A stretch of 64,000 nt of DNA from Adineta vaga (GCA_021613535.1 CP075493.1:17174001-17238000), one strand, 5' to 3'. Positions 12,607-23,375 are shown, counted from the stretch's first letter. The notes: generated by a model not told the origin, from the letters alone. A program made the numbers and translations.

Positions 12607-13879
12607 TTAATCATCATCTTCACTTTCACTGCTTTCTTGATTATCAATCGATGTTGGTAAAATGATCGGTTTTAAATCTGGACTACCTTCAAAAGAAGCG
12701 AATTCATGAATTTCACGATATAAAGTTGATAGAAGTGATCGTGCATCTAAAATTGAATTTTGTAAATGAGATGATGTTGATTGTTGAAAACCATTTGAAG
12801 ATGGAAATTTAAATGCAAGAACATTGTGAACAGCTGTTGCTGTATTATTTGGTAAATTAGAAAAACCTTGTCGACCACTTGTAAAATGATACATTCCACC
12901 ACGTAAACGTAATACAAGATGTAAAGTAGTCCCCCTTTCTATAGAATAATCTGAAAGTGTTTTACCATCTTCTAATTGAATACTACGATTTATAAGACGT
13001 TGTTGATCGGGAGGAACTCCTTCTTTGTCTTGAATTAATTCTCTAACAGTAGCTATATCCATTTCTGAATTGACATTTAACGTAAGAACTTTTCCAGTTA
13101 GAGTTTTTATGATTAGTTGAAAATATGAAACATTTGAATGAATATCAGAATCCTTGAAAAAGAAATATGAATGAGTATTTAAAAAGAAAGAAGAAAGGTT
13201 CGTTTACATTTTTATTGATTCTTTTTACCATAAGAATGAAATTCTTTTGATATAATTCTGTTAATAAAATTGTATCTTCTAATTTTATTGATTTTCCTTC
13301 AATCCAATTCTTTTCATTTGGCCTTATATTTCCATTAATTTCACATCTTTTCAATTGAATATCATCAAAATTTCGTTCTTCTTTTAATTTCATTTTAATT
13401 TTATTCATATTATCAGTTAGAAGAACATTTAATGTAATCTTTCCTGGTAAGAAATCTTCATAATATCCAATCCAAAGAATAATTTCTACGTATATAACAA
13501 ATACACATCCATGATCAAATTTTGAAACAGTTGATTTTAATTGACATTCATTTAATGGTGAAATATTCTTGTCTTTTATTATTCCAATTTTAATCAAGTC
13601 TTGTAAATATTTAGGTACATAATCTTTTTTATATTTTCGAAGTATTTTTTCGATTAATTCATGTTCCATGTATTTCTTAGTTGTTCGATTTCCATATGGA
13701 TCAATAAATATAAATGAACGAGATTTGATTTGATTTTCAACTTTTTTCTCAATTTCATATCGACTGGAAAGAATATTTTCTATTTGAATCATTTGATTTT
13801 GAAGATTTTGAACTTGAGATACTAAATCTTCGTAAACAAATGATGTTGACATATTTCGAATTACTGCACTAGTTGCCAT
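12607..13879 (-). CDS. Ubiquitin-domain fusion protein (N-terminal region + ubiquitin + C-terminal tail), 2 exons
   Basis: An intron at about 13207-13153 joins the 253-aa ORF to [55 protein letters not shown]. Start taken as MATSA. Confidence 0.8.
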
Positions 13880-14677
13880 TTGATGAATATCTAAAAGAAA
13901 TTTCATGATTTAGTTTCATTTTAACGAATGATATTCATTCGAATTAAACCTATAGTTTCGTAGATATGAGATAAATAAAAAATGTAGTTATAGTTACTAT
14001 TAATGAACAAAAAGACGATTAAATCGGCGAATATTTATTTTAGAAAGAAGACGAAAAAACCAAATTACGGTACGCAATCAAATGAGTAATGGGTAAAAAA
14101 AATGTTTTATATATGTATAGTACATAGTTGGAATGACGTCATCATTACATTTACAGAAAGAAAGGATGTGAGTCATGGTGTTTGTGATGTATAAAGTATA
14201 TTCCTTTACATAAGAACTTTTCCATATACATTCTATATGTGTTTTTTTCCTATATATGCATATATACGTTTAGTTCTCTATCTTTCATCTGTTTCGGTTG
14301 ATTCCTAATAAAGAACTCTCCATATATTTACTTAAATATATACATTCATCCTACGGAACCTGGACGACGTGACTGTGTTCTTACGTAATAAAAGTCAATG
14401 CTTCTGTATGAGATGCAGGATATCAAAGTGAATTGACTTTGTATGATTAAGTCGTAAGATATTGTGATGTTTGATTCTTGATAACCAGTTGTACTGGTAT
14501 CGACATCTATGCATTCCGAAAATAGATTATATACGAACAAATTTAAATATTAATTTAATACAGGTGGAATAGCGTTTTCAGTACGGATAAATGACATTTC
14601 TGTTTATCCTGTATCGGTGCATTTTTATTTAGCGTTCGACCAAAGGAAACAATTATAAAACTAATTCTGTAGCTAAT

Positions 14678-15535
14678 TTAGTTCCATTTAACACCAATTT
14701 CGTTCAAAAGTTTTTTAGCTGTTTCCACAGCAAGATGGAAACTATCCATGGACGACATATTGGCATAAGTTTCATTCGTGATGCCACTTGGAGCAGTTAG
14801 AGCGACAGCACCCGAGTGAGTTAGATGTGGTTCAACGGTGAGTGAACCACTCCAACTACGAGCAAAAGCATCACGTAAAATCTTCTCGATCTGTGCGTTT
14901 CCTAATCCGATAGGAACGTGCATATTCTCCGAAGTCGAATCTTTCAAATGGAAACTATCGGTTTGCTCCGCCAGACTACGCCATACAGCATAGACATCCT
15001 CATTATTCTGTTGATAGTTATCAAAATCGAAAATCAATTTGAAATTTGCACCGCGAAGTTCAGCAATCTCCTTCACATTAGCTCCGAGGTCGCCATAAAT
15101 ATGACGTTCGTTCTCGTGATAGAGCACTAAATCTAACTTTTTCGCTTCATCACGCAGACGAATAAGGTTTGCCAGTGACTTTTTATGCCATTCTACATGT
15201 GGAATTTCTGTCTTGTTATAGTAAGAGAAAATACGAACTGCATAACAGTCTAGTATCGGTGCAAGAGTGGCAAGATGGTGGAGTTTTTCAATATCAACTT
15301 GTATATCGTCCAGAATATCGATTTTGCCAATCGGTGAGCCAAACATCTGTACGGAAATTCGGGCCTTATCCAATTTATTTTTGATAATTTTTGCCTTATC
15401 GAGAGGCAGTACTGTAATATTGAAACTATCGATGTTGCGAATATCAATGTGTGAAAGACCAGCACGTGTCGCAGCAGTTATTTGCTCGTCGCATGAAAGA
15501 TTGGCTTCATCAGTAAACGCTGAAAGTATCCACAT
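14678..15535 (-). CDS. Sugar-phosphate isomerase/epimerase (xylose-isomerase-like TIM barrel), bacterial-type
   Basis: Motifs LSAFTDE, GSPIGK, VRIFSYY, LYHENE, FDFDN, FHLKD, VPIGLG and LTVEPHL. Intronless, with GC above the flanks. Confidence 0.85.
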   Translation of the reverse strand: MWILSAFTDEANLSCDEQITAATRAGLSHIDIRNIDSFNITVLPLDKAKIIKNKLDKARISVQMFGSPIGKIDILDDIQVDIEKLHHLATLAPILDCYAVRIFSYYNKTEIPHVEWHKKSLANLIRLRDEAKKLDLVLYHENERHIYGDLGANVKEIAELRGANFKLIFDFDNYQQNNEDVYAVWRSLAEQTDSFHLKDSTSENMHVPIGLGNAQIEKILRDAFARSWSGSLTVEPHLTHSGAVALTAPSGITNETYANMSSMDSFHLAVETAKKLLNEIGVKWN

Positions 15536-15788
15536 GATGATATTACTGATAATACCAAGTCGTGTCTATTCTAAATCTATTTACACAAAATAATTGGAAA
15601 ATATTCATCTGTTGTTTTCTATATGAAACTTTGACTTGAGTGTGATTATCAACATAAGAGCAACGATAGTAAAATATATAGAAATGAAAAATAATGTTTT
15701 TTTTTCTCTCATATCATATCACAATCGTTGTGAAATGAGATAATATATTCACATGGTTTGATAACGAAATAAATTATCATTTGCAACA

Positions 15789-15848
15789 CATCTTGAGGGT
15801 ATGGGTCAATGTGGAGAAGAATGTAAAAGATATCGACATCCACATCCT
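15789..15848. repeat. Degenerate inverted telomeric cassette with CATCTTGA extension
   Basis: CATCTTGAGGGTATGGGT ... ACATCCACATCCT. Confidence 0.6.
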
Positions 15849-15991
15849 GTAATTATTATTGAGTAGAACGGATAGTATTTTTTTTTGTTTTTTATTCGTT
15901 TTGTGATGAATAATGTCTACGCCTCGATGTTTTTTTCGATAATATCACTATAGAAAATACTTGTATGCGTGATTAATATATTTGATATATC

Positions 15992-16366
15992 ATGGCAACT
16001 GTTGCAAAGAATACAACTGAAAAAGCACCTAGTGTCTTTTCATATTGTGATTGTAAAGAATTAGCTAATCATGTTTATAAACATTTAAAATCAAAATTAA
16101 AATGGCCTGTTTGGATGGATAAACATGATGCTCATAGTGGTAGTTTTAGTTCAAAGTAAAATATTTTATTAGTTTTGTTTTTCGAAAAAATGAAAATTTC
16201 TTTTCTTTTATTATTTTAGTATCGCTGAAGCTATTGAAAAATCTGCTGCTTTTGTATTTTTTCTCACTCCTAACTATCAAGCTACACCATAGTTTGTGAA
16301 AGAGAATTAACATATGCTGTAAATTTACGTAAACCACTTATTCCAATTATTGTTGATGAATCAAAT
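15992..16366 (+). pseudogene. TIR (TIR_2-type) domain gene fragment, 3'-truncated
   Basis: Not in the ORF track. MATVAKN..VFSYC..KELANHVYKHLK..WPVWMDK, an intron at about 16156-16219, then IAEAIEKSAAFVFFLTPNYQ..CERELTYAVNLRKPLIPIIVDES. It has a frameshift/stop and ends at a telomeric cassette. Confidence 0.75.
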
Positions 16367-16464
16367 AGGGTGTGGGTGTGGGTGGGTGCAGATGGATGTG
16401 AATGAATGATAGATGTACACCAGAAACCTCACCCACACCTACATCTACACCCACATTCACCCCC
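16367..16464. repeat. Inverted telomeric cassette
   Basis: AGGGTGTGGGTGTGGGTGGGTG-spacer-CACCCACACCTACATCTACACCCACATTCACCCC. Confidence 0.85.
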
Positions 16465-17360
16465 ATAGTCGAAATGGGCGATTTGCATTTCGAAAACGTA
16501 TCGAAGCTCTAGGTCCATATTGTGTTTACCTGTTACTTTAGTGTCCAATACACATCAACATAATTTTGCTTACCGATACCAACACTATTACCAAGACCAA
16601 TTGCGACCGATGCCGTATTGGTATTGTGATATCCCCACGTTTTAGAAATGTGAATACCTCAGGCACTATTTACAGAGAGCAGCAGTTTGTCAGAACAATA
16701 GATAACGTCTAAAGAAACAGCTATTTAGAGCAAGGTAGATGATATGTTGCAGTCACAAGGATAAGAAACAAGCAAATGATAAGTGAGAAATATTTAAAAG
16801 TGAAGGTGTAAAGCACTAAACGCTTGTAAAACATTCGTTCGCTCGCTGAAAATTCTGTTACATTTTGATAGAGACGGTATAGATCAGTATATTATTTGCT
16901 TCTGGTCTGACGAGGGACTCTGTATGGCGGTGTAATGTACCTTATCAGATTCCATTCATCGTCCGGCAGGCTGTACGTTTGAGAGGGTGAATGTGGTTAC
17001 GAGTACGTTCGTTCCTTGTAGTGACGATGCAACAATTAGTCTTAGATCGTGTTTGATTTCGTATAACACGATTCGATATATTTCTATCAGATCGGGAAAG
17101 AGTAATGCTTTCCTCAAACACTTCTCGTAAAGACAAAGCCGGTAGAGATAAGTTTTGAATAGCGTTGTACTTAAGGATTTCTAAACATATACAGAACTGT
17201 TTCGAAATAGTTTCTAGCAGTGCAGTGTCTCTGTATTAAATTATCAATAAGGGCATGAGTTGCGACAAAGAGTCCTAGATTTATTCTGATATTCCAAGTG
17301 ACGAAAGAATTCTTTCAGATATCTGTTTTTATTTATTTCAATAAAACGCGTTAGCATACT

Positions 17361-18428
17361 ATGACAAGTTATGAACAAGTTAAACTTAGACAGCTGCTGA
17401 CTGCTATCCAATTGATTTGCTTGTCTTTCTCGATAGCCTCTACACATAGTTTTCAAACTAAATTTAAACTTAACCAAGCAGCGCATCCCAATGCGTCTTC
17501 TGCGAAGATTAAACATCCTATTGGTGATCACACTCGATTCACAAGTTCGACAAATACCACACTGCAATACTTTGGTTATTGGGGTTTAGGCATGTATGGA
17601 CTGGATGTTAATATATCGGTTGCCGCAGATCATTCTAACTTAGTTTTCATAAGTGACATTTCATTGGAAGCTTTAGAAATTAAAATTAGGCAAGCGGAGA
17701 ATTTTCAGTTACAATCCATGATTATGGTGCAAGGTATGGTTTTTCCCTGGCGACAGTTTTCAATGTATGTGGATTGGCAATCACGTTGGGACCAATTCCA
17801 AACAACTATTGTAAATAATCATGTTAACAGTATCGCAGGTTTCTATATTTTCGATGAGCCCTTTCATAGTTTCGATGTCAATTATAATGGTACCGATAAA
17901 CAGACGGCAGCACTCAAATTCAATTGGCAATTGACTCAGCTAGCGAATTATATCAAAACAAAAAATCCAAGCAAAGTAGTTACTCTAACTTATGCATATA
18001 TCGAACTAGAGCCTTATGTTTCCAAGTTTGGTATTCAAAGCTCAATCGACTGGATTGGAGTCAACTGCTATCTAGAGTTCGGTTCAGTTTGTTCCGAAAC
18101 AAATTTAGTGAAGTATTTTACCATCCTGAATAATCTGAGAGAGCCACAGCATCAGTTCATGTTAACGCTAGATGCATATACCAGTCAACGAGTATGCCTC
18201 GTCAACGAATCTAAACAAGAAGCAATAATCAATCGCATCGATTTTGTTTTATCATGGACTCGATCGAACATACCAGTTATCGCTCTAACACCATTTTTAT
18301 ATCAAGAACTTCATGATTCTGCTGAAGACTTGTGTGGAGCTGGTAAAATGCCATTCGTTTTTGATAAACTGAAGGCTATCGCCCAAACATATATTCATAA
18401 AATTGTTGTTCCGAATTTAATTACTTGA
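17361..18428 (+). CDS. Secreted glycoside-hydrolase-like TIM-barrel protein, foreign-type
   Basis: 355-aa intronless ORF with a signal peptide and the motifs YFGYW, IAGFYIFDEP (clan GH-A-like acid/base position) and IDWIGVNCY. Confidence 0.6.
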   Translation: MTSYEQVKLRQLLTAIQLICLSFSIASTHSFQTKFKLNQAAHPNASSAKIKHPIGDHTRFTSSTNTTLQYFGYWGLGMYGLDVNISVAADHSNLVFISDISLEALEIKIRQAENFQLQSMIMVQGMVFPWRQFSMYVDWQSRWDQFQTTIVNNHVNSIAGFYIFDEPFHSFDVNYNGTDKQTAALKFNWQLTQLANYIKTKNPSKVVTLTYAYIELEPYVSKFGIQSSIDWIGVNCYLEFGSVCSETNLVKYFTILNNLREPQHQFMLTLDAYTSQRVCLVNESKQEAIINRIDFVLSWTRSNIPVIALTPFLYQELHDSAEDLCGAGKMPFVFDKLKAIAQTYIHKIVVPNLIT

Positions 18429-18645
18429 ATCATACCCAAAGATGCGGAAAATACTATGTGACAATCTATTTGAAATTCTGTTTCGTAGAAATCAAGTTAG
18501 GAAACAGTAACGCATTTCGCAATTGTTGTAGTTTTTTGCCGTTGCATATAGGAAATCAGAAAACAGTATCACTATCGCCCTTTCTCTGGTCATCAATTAA
18601 GATTTCTGTTTCATTTTTTTACAACAAGACTAAAACATACGATTG

Positions 18646-19010
18646 CCTTTTTGTGTACTCCAAAAGTGAGTACACTACTAAAATCGAGTTCGGAAATGAG
18701 AAGGATCGGTCGAGAAATGGCTGAGATATCGTAAAAATTCTAAAAAATGACCCCACGAGGCCTGAGGGAGAGTACAGGGATTTTGAAAAAAAAAACTTTT
18801 TTTGCCACATATATTGCTATAGTCAGTTTCATGAGAGCAACCACGTCCTGAAATGCTGTCCCAGAGAGGTACCCTTGGGTCCTCAAGTCCTGCATATTCG
18901 ACTTTGCCCGTAACTTTTGATGAAAGTAATTAATGTAACGAGATTCCTCTCAAACATAGACAGCCGAAGAAGGAAAAATTTGCATATACAGATCATGTTC
19001 TGTTTATTCG
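18646..19010. mobile_element. Helentron-associated (DINE-1/HINE-like) non-autonomous repeat
   Basis: The terminal hairpin TGTACTC-CAAAAGT-GAGTACA-CTACTAAAATCG matches the reverse complement of 48755-48798. The right boundary is approximate. Confidence 0.45.
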
Positions 19011-19346
19011 TATAATATAGAAGAAAAAAATAATAAGTTACTTACACATGTTTGATATGTTGGCAATTGCTACTTGTAGATGATACTTCGAATACTAAAG
19101 GAAGATCGACATTTGTTCATTTCCAGTGGGTTTAATTTATCGAATATTTGTTATTTTCCACATACCGTAAACTGTAACTGGATGTTTAAATGATTTAGGA
19201 TATTTATAAATAGCTGGTTAATTTTTAGAACTTTATTGATATATATACAGGGCTGTGCATAACCTTTTGCTAGGGGACTAGCGTTATCTTCTCAACTTGG
19301 ATACGTAATGAATTTTATAGCAAATGAAAGCCCGTCAAAAACTGAA

Positions 19347-19396
19347 AGGTGGGTGTGAATGAAGAGGATATACACACATACACCCACACCCACCCT
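19347..19396. repeat. Inverted telomeric cassette
   Basis: AGGTGGGTGTGAATG ... CATACACCCACACCCACCCT. Confidence 0.8.
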
Positions 19397-19615
19397 ACGG
19401 AGGAAGACATCGGACTTTGTCGGCTCCGATAGGAATTTGTCGGAAGGCGTCGGAATCCTTGGTATTGGAATCCGATCGGAAGTTGTCGAATGTCGGAAAG
19501 TGTCGAACATGTTGGGGATCCTGACAGAACCCTGTAAAACCAACACTTTCCGATATCCAACAGCTTTCGGTAGGATTTCTGTACCAGGGATCCGATGGGG
19601 TAGATTTGACCTGGG
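19397..19615. mobile_element. One end of a CMC/CACTA-like non-autonomous element (left part lost)
   Basis: GC-rich, with dense TCGGA/TCCGA subterminal repeats, ending GATTTGACCTGGG (CCCAG terminus). Bounded on both sides by telomeric tracts. Confidence 0.5.
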
Positions 19616-19655
19616 CACTCTCACCCACCCACACCCACCCACACCCACCCTCAAG
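19616..19655 (-). repeat. Telomeric C tract ending in CCCTCAAG
   Basis: CACCCACCCACACCCACCCACACCCACCCTCAAG. Confidence 0.8.
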
Positions 19656-19821
19656 CTTACGATTGTTTTCAATTTTAATTAATGTAATAAAGGAAGAGAT
19701 GAATAAAACAAATATTAATCTGTATTGATTGATGTTAATAACTAAAAATAAGATAAAAGAAATAATTTGTTTTTTTTTCTATTTGAAGAAAAGATTACAT
19801 CATCAGATAATCGAGATTGTA

Positions 19822-19897
19822 AGGGTGGGTGTGCATGCGGTGTGAGGGTGCTACATCTATCTAACACCCATACCTACACCCCACCCACACCCTCAAG
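19822..19897. repeat. Inverted telomeric cassette
   Basis: AGGGTGGGTGTG..GTGTGAGGGTG-spacer-ACACCCATACCTACACCCCACCCACACCCTCAAG. Confidence 0.8.
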
Positions 19898-20460
19898 TAT
19901 TTCTATTCAATAGGATTCGTATATAAGTCTTTAGATGTTCACCAACAAAAGTAAAAACTTTATAACGTAAAGATAGGCAGATTTAATCAAGAAAAGTCTC
20001 ATAAAATTAGTCAGACTATTTCTAGAATACTTTTATAGATTGAATTATTGCGTTCAGCGCTATTTAGTTTATAATATTAATAATAAGAAACCACTTCAAT
20101 TTTGATATCATATGAAAATATTGTCTCATAATAGGATGTTTTTTGACACTTTTTTTATTTCCGATCGTTTTCATATGAGTCGATTTTCTCGTAATTCGAC
20201 ATGATGTCTCTCACTAGTCCATTGGAAATGGAATAGTTACTCACAAATTTAATAATAATGCGTTTGCGACGATTTCACCTAGCGCCGTGAAACAAAACAT
20301 CACCAAGGCTGTATGATAACCGAGAAAAAAGGTGAGAATAGTCAATATCTCTTTAGTAGATGCACTACTCTGCTTTTTCTTTTATATCACTTATCATTTC
20401 ATCTTTTCGTATTAGTAAATATATGTTGAAAAATATACCATAAATACTCGATTGTGTAAC

Positions 20461-20934
20461 ATGAACGAATATAAATCTAAGCCAATTTTTCGTTGTGTTG
20501 ATGATTGTGAAACTCAAGAATGGAATCATCCACATCGTGGTCATGTAAAATGGTGGGAACTTATCAATGGTGATATGACGTCAACAACAGGGATCACTAT
20601 GGGTATAGCAGAAGTGCCAGTAGGAGTTTCTCCTCCAAAGCGTGGCCATACGCATGATGCAGAAGAAGTGTAAGTTGTGTATTTATCATCATTTGAAATC
20701 ATATACGTATGTTTTTATTCATTCAGGTACTATTTCTTAAGTGGAATTGGAAGAGTTCATATCGATGGTGTCGAAACTGATGTCAAATCCGGTGTATCAG
20801 TATGGATACCTGCACATGCTGAACATTTTTGTCATAATACGGGTGCAGAACCGTTAAAATTATTATTTATATTTGCACGTGATAAATTCAGTGATGTACA
20901 TTATTGCTTTCCTGGAGAAACGGAATTCAAATAA
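20461..20934 (+). CDS. Cupin-domain protein resembling DddW-type DMSP lyases, 2 exons
   Basis: Intron 20670-20726 (GTAAGT..TTCAG) gives W.ELINGDMTSTTGITMGIAEV..HTHDAEEVYYFLSGIGRVHIDGV..GVSVWIPAHAEH..FARDKFSDVHYCF, with complete cupin metal ligands H-x-H, E and H. Confidence 0.85.
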
Positions 20935-21097
20935 TAAACTTATTTAATATCAATAAAGCAGAACGTAACTCACATGTTCTTTTTAAATGTATTGTGATTG
21001 TTCTTATCTTCTTCTACTTTAACCTTTTCTCTCATACTTATATAAATACAAATAAGAGAATAAAAGAATCCAAAACACACGTGGTGTAATCATAAGT

Positions 21098-22285
21098 ATG
21101 AAAGCTGCACTCTATTCAAAAAATTCTACTGATGGTATCAGACTTGCCACTGTTCCGCGTCCAACATTATCATCAACAGTGTATGATTCGACATCTACTA
21201 CTATTGTTCGTTTTGTTCTCTTCAAAATAATCAATAGTGTATTCGTTTGCATTGGTTATTTAATGTGCCTATTACGTTGGCTAATTCCAAGTATTCCAGG
21301 TCCTTATGGAGAAGTTGCCGATCGTCAATGGGTATTATGTCGCGTACATTGTGGTGGAGTTAATCCAGTAGATGCGAAATTTCTTTACGGAGATAAATTA
21401 CCTCACTTCTGTTTGCCTCTAGTAAAATGGTTTGTTGAAGATCGAATCTGTGGCATTGATTTTAGTGGTGTAGTTATAGAAGCTCCTTCAGGATGTGGAT
21501 ACACAGCAGGAGACGCAGTTTTTGGAACAATTCCTCCATTCTGTGGTTCATTTGCAGAATATGTACGTGCACCAACAGATTTCATTAGTCATAAACCTAA
21601 GAATATGTCGTTTGCTGAAGCATGTACAATTCCTTTAGCTGGCTTAACCGTCTTACAAGCATTTGAAGACAATAATTTAACGGATGGACAACATGTTCTA
21701 GTTCTAGGTGCGTCTGGTGGAACTGGATATTGTGCTGTACAAATAGCAAAAATAAAAAAAGCAAGAGTAACTGCAGTGGCTGGTTCACGAAACGCCGAGT
21801 TTGTTAAGAATCTTGGTGCAGACGAAGTTCTCTTCTATGATTATTCTGTAGATATTTTAAAAGATTTACATGCTGCTAGATCCATTTATGGTCCATTTAA
21901 TTTAGTCTTTGATTCTGTATCTTCTCATGATCCACAAGATTCGAATTTTGCTTATGAAACTCGAATCCGTAATTCAAAGCCGAAATTACTTACTGGAATG
22001 TATATTTTGATTGGAGGTGTCGTAACCGATTGGATACTTGCACATATGAAACGATTTTTTGGTATCGATTGTTTTACCAAGGGTAGACAACTATTCTGGG
22101 TTAGATTTCCGAATAGTGCTAAGAGACTCGAATTACTTCGTCAATTTTGTGAAGCCAATCAATTGAAAGTTACAATAGCCAATCGTCTTCCATTTACAGA
22201 AGATGGCATTCGAGAAGCATTTCGATTGCAAATGACTCGTCGTACTGTAGGCAAAATAGTTATTGAAATCGTGTCTGAAAAGTAA
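21098..22285 (+). CDS. NADPH-dependent medium-chain reductase (quinone/enone oxidoreductase-like MDR)
   Basis: Motifs GVNPVD, DFSGVV, GDAVFG, GSFAEY, LAGLT.LQA, VLVLGASGGTG..AVQIAK and GKIVI. Intronless, with a hydrophobic N-terminal insert. Confidence 0.9.
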   Translation: MKAALYSKNSTDGIRLATVPRPTLSSTVYDSTSTTIVRFVLFKIINSVFVCIGYLMCLLRWLIPSIPGPYGEVADRQWVLCRVHCGGVNPVDAKFLYGDKLPHFCLPLVKWFVEDRICGIDFSGVVIEAPSGCGYTAGDAVFGTIPPFCGSFAEYVRAPTDFISHKPKNMSFAEACTIPLAGLTVLQAFEDNNLTDGQHVLVLGASGGTGYCAVQIAKIKKARVTAVAGSRNAEFVKNLGADEVLFYDYSVDILKDLHAARSIYGPFNLVFDSVSSHDPQDSNFAYETRIRNSKPKLLTGMYILIGGVVTDWILAHMKRFFGIDCFTKGRQLFWVRFPNSAKRLELLRQFCEANQLKVTIANRLPFTEDGIREAFRLQMTRRTVGKIVIEIVSEK

Positions 22286-23032
22286 TGAAAGTTTAGAATA
22301 AAATAATTTCTAATTAAATTTCCTTTTTCGAAAATAATTTCCATTGTGCATTAGCATTAGTTTAGTGTGAAAGTGCAAGAAAAGATGAGTGTATGGTCTT
22401 ATCTCGAACTATCATCCTCAAGAACGATTGAAAATAGTTATTAATCGGAATAATTTGATTGTTTTTTTTTTATTTCGATATATTATTCTATTGTAATAAT
22501 AAAGTAGATGATGATTAAATTGAAAGGTTGTTGTATGATATTTTCAATATAAAACATTAAAAATCGCAACTTTCTTTTCAAGATTTTTACATTTAATTTA
22601 ACTGCTGAAGAATTTTTCAGGAAAATACACTATAGTGTTTTTACGGGTTCTCATTAATAAGATTAACTACAGATTTGAAACTTTCAGAAAGATTCATCTT
22701 TAAAAAATGAGGAAACGATAACTTTCAAAATTTATTTCAGAACTTCTGGGTCACTCTTTATATTCGTGGCCATTTCAATTTCAATTATCTGAACATCTTT
22801 CATCGACATTTCAAAAACCAAAATCTCATCTTCATATTCAATACAATTAAAGGTAAAATAAATAAACTCAATAATTATTTTTCCGATTGTGAAAACGTTA
22901 TAAACTCCTCGATATATTCATTTATCTCGCCCTGTAGATAATAATCTATTACATATCAAAATAATAATTTTTTGAGATAAATCTAGTGTTATCGTTTTCA
23001 TGAATCAATTGAATTGATATCATTAAAGTGAT

Positions 23033-23106
23033 CATCTTGAGGGTGGGTGTGGGTGGTTAGTGACAGTGGCTTGCACGCATAAACACCCACACTCACCCTC
23101 GAGATG
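23033..23106. repeat. Inverted telomeric cassette with the extension on both arms
   Basis: CATCTTGAGGGTGGGTGTGGGT-spacer-ACACCCACACTCACCCTCGAGATG. The flanks (AAAGTGAT / GCACAACT) show no TSD. Confidence 0.85.
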
Positions 23107-23375
23107 GCACAACTTAAGTGAAAATCATCGATATGTATAAATTATTTTTCAACTGCTTCCTATGAACTGTAAGATATTCTTTTGAATTTATACAAATGAA
23201 AAAGCATGTCGATCTTTCAGTCGAAAATTAATGAAAAACTATTGTAGATTAGAAAATAATTTAGCAGATTTTCGAATCATGCTGCTCTCTCTCACGTATA
23301 GATTTAATACTAATGAAAAAGTATAAAAGAAATCGAGTTTGATATCATAGAAAATTTAGCATTTGAATTTCTTAC

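Noticed and set aside
14678-18428. Bacterial contamination or chimeric assembly
   Set aside because: No operon structure. The genes are interleaved with intron-containing genes and host repeats, and the nearby bacterial-type cupin has a spliceosomal intron. Read-level confirmation is still advisable.
19292-19682. Four overlapping ORFs on both strands
   Set aside because: They arise from a GC-rich repeat and telomeric tracts poor in stop codons; no protein motif.
23033-23106. Telomeric cassettes as an ordinary MITE family or rho-independent terminators
   Set aside because: No TSDs were seen, spacers are non-homologous, arm lengths vary and the cassettes associate with deletions. The context is eukaryotic with no U-tracts. 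The MITE explanation is disfavoured, not excluded.
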